A DNA stretch of 61,618 nt, the filler included, from Basidiobolus ranarum (Eukaryota), in the NCBI GenBank assembly GCA_040143965.1. It is 17 parts of 17 records of this genome, joined end to end, with 100 filler letters (N's around TTAATTAATTAA, not from the genome) between each part and the next. Parts side by side here need not be neighbours in the genome. Positions count along the whole stretch, not along the records: positions 39,986 to 43,509 come from JASJQH010009309.1; positions 43,610 to 47,133 come from JASJQH010009310.1; positions 47,234 to 50,756 come from JASJQH010009311.1; 14 more parts are not named here. One strand, 5' to 3'. Positions 40,152 through 50,756 of the stretch are shown one piece after another. The notes below the pieces were generated by a model that saw nothing but the letters and a program-made list of their open reading frames with translations, was not told the DNA's origin and searched no databases. The first letter of the stretch is position 1. Every line of letters starts with the position of its first letter. The translations under genes were made by a program, and so were the position numbers.

Positions 40152-40571
40152 GTTACATCACTGGTTTGAACAGATACACGTTGTACATTTTAGCAATGTC
40201 ATTTCCCATTTTCTTTACACTATTCCAACACCATTATACTCATGTAAAGTAAATAAATTCACGGATTCCATTTGATATATGGATGGAGAATTAAAGCACA
40301 AGAATATACCATTGACTGAAAGATATTGACTATACCGAATGATCTATTTAAAAATTCATTTATTTAAGTCATGTAGCATAAACGAATGGTGAATGTGTAG
40401 TTAATGAATTATCTGGAAGAAAATTTACAAACCACGAGAATACCAATGTAAATGAGTTCGATGATCAAAATAAAATAAAAATAATTGAAAATAATTTTAA
40501 ATGGTTAAAATAACATAAATTAAGTATATTACATTTCAAATTGGATGAAAAAGTAGTTGATCATGTTTTAG

Positions 40572-43509
40572 TTAGTACCGTTGTGGTCTAAAGCCCCCTC
40601 TACCTCCGCCACGTTGAGGCGGGCGGTCGTAATTACCACCTCCTCTACCTCGTCCATTTTGGAAACGTGGTGGTCTACCATCATTATGGCCACCTCGCCC
40701 TCTCGGGTCAAAGCCTCTCGATGTATTTCCAGCACTGGGAGGTGGAGGAGGAGAGGAGCTTTCATCGAATCTTCTTTTACCATATGGAGGGGCTCCTTGG
40801 TCCTGGTATCCACCTCTCATCGATCCCCCTTGCTCAGAAAACCCATGATGTGGGGGGCCAGAAGCGTTTCGATTTGTTCTTGGATCCTGAGGTGGGCCAT
40901 TATCATTCGGGCCAGAATTATATCTGGAGTTGTGATGATTCTCATTATAACCTCTGGATGAGCCAGAATCATTGAATCCTCCACGAGAGCCAGACGGTGG
41001 TGGAGGTGGTCTAGAATCGAATCCGCCTCTATGTCCAGAGGGAGGTCTCGCACCATCGAAATGACCTCTAGGCCCATTCATACCCCCACTTGATGGAGGT
41101 CGTGGAAATCCGGAATCTCCTGCAGCTCCTTGTCTCGAAGAGGGCGGGAAAGGTGGTTGACCTCCTCCGGGTGGGGGTCTCATACCAGGGGGCATATTAT
41201 TAGGCGGTCTATGCTGCGAATGAAATGGGGGAGCTCCGTGTCCAGGTGGCCCATTGGGTCTGAATGAGTAGTCGTTTGAAGGTGGCCCATCTCTACGATC
41301 AGACATGGGTCCATTTCGAGGTTTGGACATACCAAAGCCAGGTAAGGGACCATTCCTATCCTGACCAATTCCCAGACCTGGGGGAGCGAAATCCATTCCA
41401 CCTTTTTCTCTTCGATTTGGAGAACCTTGATGGTTTTTATTATTGAACATAGATAGGCCAGGAACATGGCTGTCTAAATGGATAAAAAAGAATCTGAGTG
41501 AGTAATGAATTCACACCAAAGAGAATATAATCCAAAGATTGAACCTTCTTCCCAATGATTGTCACCAGTGTTGAGACCGTCCGGCTTCTCATCAGTTTTA
41601 TCAGAGGTAGCGCCGGGTCTTTCACGAGTCCAAAACTTGGTGGAATGGTCATTCGAGCCAGAAGCAATGATATGCCCAACTGGATGCCAGTCTAAAGACC
41701 AGATATTCTGCTCATGAGCTCCCTCTATGTTTGCGACAGCCTGATCATTTCTGTTGTTTACATATTTAATAAGCAGGCACAAGAATGTCAAGTTTCAGGT
41801 ATAATACCTACCCTATAAGCCAGTATGTAAGCGAGCCCTCGGAACCGCCAGTAGCTAAGAGACGTTCATGGATCGGATGCCATGAAAGAGCTTTACACAA
41901 GTTAGCAAATAAGATGAATAGCTGACAAAATAAAATCTCCACTTACAAGACAGTTCTTCCTTTCCACTTCTAAATGTTTGAAGCTCCTTCATCATTCTAA
42001 TATCGTAAACTTTCATCATTTGATCACGAGCAACGGTGGCAAGCCAATTGCCATTTTTGTTCCATTCTATTCCACTTACAGTGGCTTTGTGACCATGTCT
42101 AAAACAACACGTTAGATTGCAGCAGAAATAAATATCACTTCGTAGTTGACTTACAATGTGGTCAAGTTTCGGCCGGATTTAGGATCCCACAGCTTTACCA
42201 AATTATCCTTGGAACCAGATGCAAGAAGAGCCTTAGATGGATGCCAGTCAACACATTTTACATCCCAGCCGTGACCTAAAAGTATCCAACAGTGAGAAAG
42301 CAAGATTCTGATATCGATTTTGGAGATGCAGTAATCTAACCTGTAAGTATTCTTTCCTCAATGCCTTCATTGAAATTCCAGATTTTGATAGTACCATCAT
42401 CAGAGCAGGTAGCAAATTTGACATCAGTAGGTGAAAATCTATGTGAATGAGTCAGCTAGGTTCACGGATTTGCTCTCTAGGTGGTTAGTGAATACTCACG
42501 CTATATCTCGGATGGCTTCTTTGTGTCCTTGGAATACTTTAAGATTATTCATGTTGGATTGCCAATATTTGATAACACCACTATGGTCTGCAGTGACCAT
42601 CCAGTTATCATTGTGAGTCCATTCCATAGCTCTGACCGCAGTATCATGAGCCTACCAATAGAGTTGCATTAAAGTTACGTTCTTTGTACACTACATTCTG
42701 AGTACTAACCTGAAGAATAGTTTCGAAATTGAAGGTCAATCCATTCCAGAGAGTGAATTCTCCACTAGTAGATCCGGTGATTAAACGTCTGCCTTCTGGT
42801 GTCCACTGGATAAATAGCATATCAAAATAACTTAAATTCCGCTACCAGGAACGTCGAAAGATGTGATCAAAACTCCTCGCTTACCTTCACAACATTGACC
42901 GGACAACGAATCTTGTTTGTTGAAGTGTGTACAAACTTGGTGGCTCCAGCGTCCACAGGATTATTTAAATGAAAAGCAGTAGGTAATAGCTATTACGAAG
43001 CAGACCATGAAAGTTGATACGACCAAGCAATAATATGTCGGAGAAAAAAGCTTTATTATTAGACACGCTGTATAGAGTACAAAACCTTGCAAAAACTACC
43101 AGTACAAAGAGTAAACTGGTAATAGCAATGAAGTTTGAAATACCAAGAAAATAATCAAGAGTTTTACTTACATTGACGATAAAATTGGGGTTGGGTCTAA
43201 GGATTGGTACATCTCTATGATCTTTCAAAGTTGGGAATAACTAGAATAAGAAAAAGAACAATTGATCTTTCATCAGTTCAAATCCTAATAGATACCATAG
43301 CAAAGTCAAGCCAATACGACTAGATTAAGCAGAGTCCTACAAGGTTACCAGATCAAATAAAGTATCATAAAACTTTTAGCATACCTCAGTTCCCAAAGCG
43401 ATAGAAGAGTTATAATCAACGGTACGACGTTGGATGGCTTTACGTAGACTTTTACCATCAAACGTCATACGATTTGAGTAGCCCATTCCTCCGCCGCCAC
43501 CTCCACCAC
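40572..43509 (-). CDS. PFS2: Pre-mRNA 3' end processing WD40 protein PFS2/WDR33, multi-exon, 5' end missing
   Basis: [98 protein letters not shown]. Ends in a Pro/Gly/Arg-rich tail. Confidence 0.95.
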
Positions 43510-43609
43510 NNNNNNNNNNNNNNNNNNNNNNNNNNNNNNNNNNNNNNNNNNNNTTAATTAATTAANNNNNNNNNNNNNNNNNNNNNNNNNNNNNNNNNNN
43601 NNNNNNNNN

Positions 43610-44344
43610 TACAAACCAAATGGAGAATAGGACAAATGAACCAAGATTTGTATGTTGATTGCTTGTTGCAACAATTGCTTCCATGGTACAATGAGCTACC
43701 ATGTTCTGAAGGTAGGAAGTGTTAAAGTATTTGTGAGCCTGTTGGAAGTGGTTTGGAGAATTAGAGAAATAGGTGGTTTTCACTTATTGATTTATTGAGT
43801 ATTCAGTTGACATCTACAGTTTTGTCAAGATAAAAGCAAACCAACATGTAGAATGTGTTAAAGTAGGGCCCAGGAACATGTGTGCAAAGTTTGGGCTTCT
43901 TTGAAAAATCTATATATCTGAGAACTTCTAAGTAGGTAAAATTATTCCAAGTAAATTACTCATGAGAATAATGGGCAATATCTTAGTGAAATATAAGATA
44001 ACTAAATACTGAACTATATATGACTATATAGGTGCTTAGGCAATGCTAATTTCAACAGGAAGTACACCTTCCAGGAAGACAACGCGCCTTGTCATACAGG
44101 TGGTTATGCAAGGTGGTGGAAGAGCAGTAGCTCCTTGAATGTTTTGGGGAACTGGCCAGCTCAGAGCCCGGTTCTGAATCTAATCCAGCACGTTTGGAGT
44201 GAGTTGGCTCATGAGATGAATAGCCTAAAGGCAACTATTAAAGATACTGAAAGGTTGAAGAAAGCTATAACCAAAGTTTGGGAAAAAATGATGATTGAGT
44301 TTGCTTCGGGATTAGTGGCAAGTATGGGGAGAAGGCGGTCATAG
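43610..44344 (+). mobile_element. Tc1/mariner transposase relic interrupted by a solo LTR
   Basis: Removing the LTR and one TSD restores MNQDLYVDCL..LLPW..YTFQEDNAPCH...WPAQSPVLNLIQHVW, with the catalytic Glu changed to Gln. Confidence 0.85.
43720..44057 (-). mobile_element. Solo copia LTR (family A) with perfect 5-bp TSD
   Basis: TGTTA...TCAACA flanked by GGAAG at 43715-43719 and 44058-44062. Confidence 0.92.
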
Positions 44345-44676
44345 ACGCCAAGAGCGATGCAACAAAGTATTGAATTGAATGATTTTTTTTTATTTTCTAA
44401 AAATAAACATGTATCACTTGTACAAAAAATGCTAGGAAGTTATTCCATGTTGTTCATGAGTAAGTTGAACATGAAAAGTGAGTGTTTATTGTGCTTTTTT
44501 TTGCAATTTTTGGACGAAATATTACTAACCACGACTGTATATCATCAATCATGTGAAGTCCCTTAAGAATATATGCGCATGGTTTCAACCTTCAAAGCTA
44601 TTTGCACAGATGACACGTGACTAGTTATACATTGATTTTTCAGTTTTGGTTTTCAGTAGCTCCTTCTTCCACATTC

Positions 44677-47133
44677 ATGTCAAAATTGGCTTATTACGAA
44701 AAACTTGCCGAGAATGGAACCAGTTTAACTCCAGAAGTCTTCAATTGGATGATGGGTCTTTATGAAGACGATGTCATTGCAAAGACTTATGTAGCACTTT
44801 CGATTCCGGCAGCCAATGCCTATGGCCAAGGACAATATGATCGTCGTCAGGAAGAAAAAGCACGCCGTCAGGAAGAAGCCCAACTTCTTCGTCTACAACT
44901 CCAAATTACAGAAGCAGACGAAGCAAAGTGGGCGCCACCCAATCTTAATCAGTTACTAACTGGGGTGAATTACAACAACTTAGAATTAGGAACAGACTGG
45001 GAATCATTGAAGTTCCAGGCTGAAGAAACACTTATCAATTCGACCGTGTTCGCAACAACTTTCCCGTTTGTAAATCGAGAATCAGCGTTGCGTCGTCTTG
45101 TTGGCTACATTGCTGAAATGCACTCCTTGCTTGAATATACTGGTAATTCGAACTCTATCACTAGTCAATATTACTCTAATGTTATGAAAGTGGCTCGACT
45201 ACTCACAATAACGGGCGCGCCAGGTATTGGCAAGACAACGTTCTGCCATCGTGCATTGGCTACAATTGTCAACTATCAGAAGCTGACCAACACCCCCTCC
45301 TCTACCTCCGGAAGTATGGAGCTAATGACCTCCACAGCTTCTGATTCAAGCATACCTACAAGTCCAATAGCGTCCACATCTATAGCTGTTTCATCACCCT
45401 CGCCTTCTAAAGCGGATGGTTCAAGCAAAATAATTCAACCGGTAAGTGACGAGGATTCTTCGTTGTTCAAATCTTTTCGCTCGCTACCGGATTCCCTCCG
45501 AGATGCTCTCCAATATGGCCACAGAAAAGGTTTGTCATTATATGTCGACATGAGTGATTTGGTATCTATATTGCCGAGTGGTAATATTGCTATTCCTTTA
45601 CTCCATGCATTTTTAAAGTCCCGCAAAGCATCACCGACATTGTTACACAACATCTGTGAGGGTGCGAAGACTAATCTGCGGAATCTCACTACAACAATGG
45701 TATTTAAACATATCAGGCAGACAATGGGCATAAAAAGGAAAGCAGTTCTGCTCCTTTTCGTTGATGAAACCAATTCTATCCTGAGCTCTGACGTGGGTAC
45801 CCAGTTTTTGTCCAACATGATGTTAGCGTATCGTCAAAGCATGGTTGAGGAACGTGAAACATTAATCTTCATGCCGATCTTTGTTGGTACGCGGCAAGAA
45901 AAATTACTAAGCACTGTGAGACTGAGTGGAGCGCAAAAATATGTTATCCCCATCCCACTCCTCCAGTACACTCACCTCTGCGAAATCTGTCGTCTCCTTA
46001 TCACAAAGGCTCTCCCTGATATACATGAACTTGAAATTCACAAACAGGTAAAAAATCGCCTTCTTCTTGCCGGTGGTCATATTCGAATATTTGTGGAGCT
46101 GTTATTTCGGTTAGGAAAAACCAAAATTTCTGGAGATTTCTCATGGCGACAGTTGTACTCTAGCTTGATTGGCAAAACACCTATCAGTTTAATTGACCGT
46201 GCTGTTGATGATGTTGCCAAAGACTTCTATGACGGAACCCACACAGACGTGTTGAAAATCATGCCTCGGCTCGCAGCGTACCAGGTTTTGCAGAAGCCTG
46301 TTTTCTTGGACACGGTCGTGGAAATACCGGGAGATATGGATGGTTCAAGAAGGCCGGGTGTACGAATTTCAGCACTTGTTGAAAATGGTTTTATTGCACT
46401 GGATTTACATGCTGATAAGTACTTTGTTGATGTGCCATTTTTGATTTTCAAGGCGGCTCTTGAAAAGCACACTATATCACGTCCATATGTACTGGCCTCG
46501 GTTTTAACGCATTTATCATCCGATGAAAACGAAAGAAACGACATGGACATTATACTGTTAAAGTTAGAAATGCTTCAGTTGCTTGATTGTACAAGTTTTC
46601 AGCTTGGCGACATCTTTCCACCTGAATCTTTCACCCATATCAAAGAAATGCAGCGTATTGAACAAAAATATTGCATTCCGCAGAATTTCATACGTAATCG
46701 ATTAGAGACAGGATTTGATTTAGACTCGCTTCGGGAATTAGTCAAGCAAAACCTCAACTGCAGGTTGAAAGAAGAGGTTACTGTAGCATTCATCAACTAT
46801 CCAAAAGCGTCCGGTCCAGACTCTGTTTTATTTGTAGAACCATTAAACTCGCCATCTGACATAGCCGTGAATAAGAAACGAAAGACATCAACTGATGGTC
46901 AATTGACAGCAATATATGTGCAATCTAAAGGCAGTCCCACCAGTCGCTCCAAAGAAGAAGGTTCCTATATTCTCAGCCCTTCAGGCTTTAAGATAGAGCG
47001 GAACAAGGCGAATCTTAAGGATTTGGACCTTTTCGTGTACATAACTGACAGAAAAACCAGACCAACCGACATTCAAGCTTTGTCTGACTCTGATCTTATG
47101 GTTGATTTTAGCAGTGCAAGCTTGTTTCTGGGG
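44677..47133 (+). CDS. Crinkler/RHS-type protein: P-loop NTPase plus C-terminal PD-(D/E)xK-like nuclease; 3' end missing
   Basis: Intronless ORF of more than 800 aa, first ATG at 44677. Walker A GAPGIGKT preceded by PFVNRE, Walker B LLLFVDE, AGGHIR motif. C-terminal FINYPKASGPD...IYVQSK and an NLS-like KKRK. Confidence 0.75.
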
Positions 47134-47398
47134 NNNNNNNNNNNNNNNNNNNNNNNNNNNNNNNNNNNNNNNNNNNNTTAATTAATTAANNNNNNNNNNN
47201 NNNNNNNNNNNNNNNNNNNNNNNNNNNNNNNNNCTATAGCTTCCCTAACAAGATGATGCCCAATAAATATGTGCTTTGTTCTAAAATGAAATGTAGGGTT
47301 TTTAGCTATTTAAATTCAACTTTGATTATGTTGAAATACAGTATAGCAAATTTTTGCTTATGTACTAAGTCTGTCAATAACTTCCTTAACCACATAGT

Positions 47399-47747
47399 TG
47401 TTAGAGCATTTGGGAGCCTGCTGGAAGTGGCTTGGAGAATTAGAGAAATTGATGGACTTCACTTATTGATGTATTGAGTAGAAAGTTGACATTTAAAGTT
47501 TTGTCACAATGTAAGCAAACTAACATGTAGAATGTGTAAAGATAGTCCTAGGAGCATGTGTGCAAAGTTTGCGGCTTTTAGCAAAAGTTTAAAAAAATAT
47601 ACATATCTGAGAACTTCTAAGTTGGCAATATATATTATAATTAAATTCCAGTTGAGAATAATGGATAATATCTTAATGAAATATAAGATTACTAAGTACC
47701 AAGCTATTCATGACTATATAGGTGTTTAGGCAAGGCTAATTTCAAAA
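47399..47747 (-). mobile_element. Solo copia LTR (family A) inside a copia RNase H fragment (about 47234-47830)
   Basis: Flanks ATAGT/ATAGC. The flanking minus-strand sequence reads ALSTTEAGYMAA...WLRKLLTDL. Confidence 0.8.
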
Positions 47748-49728
47748 ATAGCTTCTTGCATAGTAGCAGAGCAGCCATATACCCTGCTTCTGTAGTGGAA
47801 AGTGCTAAGGTTTGTTGTTTCCCATTATTCAAAGTTATGGTAAACCAATAGTTGAGCAAAGTGCAGCAGAAACACCATCAAAACCAACAACTTCCATATT
47901 GACAGCTTTGCCAACTATTGAACACCCCTCCATATACACTTTGGATAGAATTATTACAAGGGTTTATCATGCAAAACACAATAATGATTTGTATTCAATC
48001 ATAAGTAAAAATTACAAAGTTGCCACACAGGCCATGACAAACAATACTGCCAAAATGATGCAATTAATGGAGCATTATGAAGCAACAAGTCAACAGTTAG
48101 TGAGTCACTCAACAAAGAAACAAGACGTTCAGAATGATGATGCCATTATTCTGATCTCTGCATTCTCATCCACTGAAAATAGAACTCTTCTATTGTTAGA
48201 TTGTGACATCATATTTGCTGTGCTATCCCTTCTTGGCAATCTTGGGTTAAGTTAATCCAGGTTACCTTATATGGAAGTCAAGCTCTTTGGAACATTCATG
48301 AAACCTAACAAATCATGTCATCCCACACATAGTGTATTAACACCAAGAACTTCTATGGAAGGTCACCTGATCATCCTTACATCATCCCTGTTTGCAGTGG
48401 TATTTGTGATCCCCAACACCCCAATACTTGAACTTACCACAGTTTATTCCTTATTCAGTATTTTATGCTTCACCCTGCAATATCTATATAAGCCCCATGT
48501 ATTCCTTGATCAGACCTCAGTCTGATCATTGCCAGTTATCAATAAAGCCTCTTGCCAAAGCATCTTCCCTGTCCAGTCTTGTCTTCTGTTGCGGTCTACA
48601 CCCAAGTACTCTCGTGCCTTCTAGCCTCTTGTTATTGTTTCCAGTCCTTTTCCAGTTCCTTATTGTGACAGGTGTACTTGAGCTACAGCAACAAGCTGCT
48701 ACTTCTGTCCTTTCTTGTATGGGATTTCCATCAATACCACTCCATACATATGAATGTCACCATGACAATCTAGCAGAGCAGCATGTGTGTTGACCATTAA
48801 GCCAACACAATGACCAGAGTTTCTTGGGCACATGAAAGTAGAAATCTCATAGGAAAAACAGCAAACCAAGAGACTCTGAATGTCAGAACTGCTTTCACTT
48901 ACTCTGATGATCAGTGGTTTAACTATTTGGTAACTGTGCATAATCTTGCCTGAAATCACCTTTATATGAACCAATTGTGGAAAAACAAAAAACAAGGCAT
49001 TACTCTGAGGTTCTTGACTGTTTCTATGTGGCATATCATGGGTTTTTGCAAGCAAATGGCAATTGGGCTAATAAAGGCCTATTCATGAAACATCTCCAAA
49101 ATGTACACAATTATTGACTTGGCAAAGAAAGAAAAGAAGCTAAAGAAGTACTCAAGGAGCTGGATGTTAGTAAACCCAAGGCTAAAGCAAAGGAGCCAGC
49201 ATGTTTAGGCTCTACTGTCCCACTTATCCAATTCTTCACACCATTACAAATATCAGTACTTCTAGAGTCGGATATACCTTCAGATATACTGGTGAAAAGG
49301 CTTAAATTTATCATTGAACCAAGACACCAGCTGGAAGAGTGATAAGTTCAAAGGTTTATCCAACAACAAGCACCTCTTGACAAGCCAAAATACCATCAAT
49401 TATTACTCACAGCTCTCCAATCACAACTGGTATGTATCAAAGTGTTTATATTAGCCAAAAAAATACAAAAGTAGTCAAAGTGCTTGAGAAGTATTTTCAA
49501 AAGTATGAAGGGAAAAACGCAGGGCAAGTATGCCAAAAGTGGCATCAGTAGAAGAAATTCAACTTGACATTCAGTCTGGTGTTGGCCATGCGGATATTTG
49601 GGAAGAACTTAATACAGAGTGGTGTTGTGTTCAAGAGAAAAGTGGGTAAAAGTCTTGAGCTTTAGTGAGCAAAAGAAACAATTAAGTGCAGAATCTTAGA
49701 ACTGTTTAAGCAGGATATATTAGCAGAG

Positions 49729-49822
49729 CCCTAACAGAAATTTGAGGATTGTTATTGTAAGAAAACCATCACAATTTTAATCAATTTGGGGTAGACCATT
49801 TACTTACCATCATAAAAATTGT
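49729..49822 (+). mobile_element. CMC-like left end, interrupted by the next element
   Basis: Begins CCCTAACAGAAATTTGAGGATTG. Similarity to 13110 and 57769 stops abruptly at 49822. Confidence 0.75.
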
Positions 49823-50756
49823 TGTAGTTGTTTTAGAGTGTAAGCAGTAACTATAACTGCAATATCCTAAGGGTTTAGTGAGGTGTCCAAAGGGTGCAAT
49901 AACTGCGGTTGAAAAACTCAGGGATGCACTGTAATATGGGTCTGTCTCTTGCTTCTTGGGTCTTTGTGAAAGGGAATCAAGCCTCTAGAAATGTCTAAGG
50001 ACTGATAAACTACAATGCAATGTCCAGCTTTTGGTAGAATAATATACTGGCACCTGACAAAAGAATATACTGGCTTCAGCATCCTTTGAGAATGATCAGA
50101 TAAAAAGGGTATATCCAATCAAAAACAACTGTAAACTCAGCCAGCAGGGTCTTGAACAAGGATGCACTAGTAGTGATTTATCCAAGGATATGAAAAAGTT
50201 CCTTGCCTATGCAGACAAAGCTAGGGAAAAAATATAAAGTATCAGAAATATAACACCTACCTGTCAGTACTTCCTTTGAGCTGGTCAAGTCCTTTCTAGT
50301 CACACAGTAGCCTGTAACTGCCTCTAGTAGTCTCTCTTGAGCTTCCTCTTCAAAGGTCTTGTAAGCGGTGATGAAAATAAGGGGTGATCACAAGTAGTAA
50401 TTGTTAGTTGAAAACCAGGATGATTTTTATTTGAAAAGATATGGCTCCTATTTATACTTTTCTGAAGATAGACATGATTACTAATGAAAAATTTTCGGAA
50501 AGTTCCAGAGAATTCTATTGGTGGGGATCCACAGTTACGATATCATCAAAAATCATGAGATTAGTAATCCATGGAATGTTCCGGAAGGTTGTAGAAAAAT
50601 CCAGAAAGTAATGGAATGTTCCGGCAAAATCAAGTTTTGATTGGTCAAAACTCAATCAATCATCAAATGTTCCAAGAATCTTGTGGAATGTTCTGGAAGA
50701 TTGTAGAATTTGCAGAAAATAATAGGGCTAATGTGGGTTAATACTGATAAATCTGA
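49823..50756 (-). mobile_element. LTR-like element carrying a stress-motif-rich promoter
   Basis: TGTAGT terminus at the insertion breakpoint. Minus-strand TATAAATA at 50449-50456. The other end is lost at the contig edge. Confidence 0.6.
50478..50717. promoter_or_regulatory. Heat-shock element arrays and Yap1/AP-1-type sites
   Basis: Perfect GAAnnTTCnnGAA at 50574-50586 and 50686-50698, within longer runs of GAA spaced 10 bp apart. TTACTAA at 50478-50484 and TTAGTAA at 50561-50567. Confidence 0.6.

Noticed and set aside
40568-41467. Multiple overlapping ORFs
   Set aside because: Shadows of the GC-rich last exon of PFS2. The same applies to antisense ORFs over NOP58 and the Crinkler-like gene.
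42990-43171. H/ACA snoRNA in the PFS2 intron
   Set aside because: Only one convincing hairpin, and no properly placed H box with a second hairpin.
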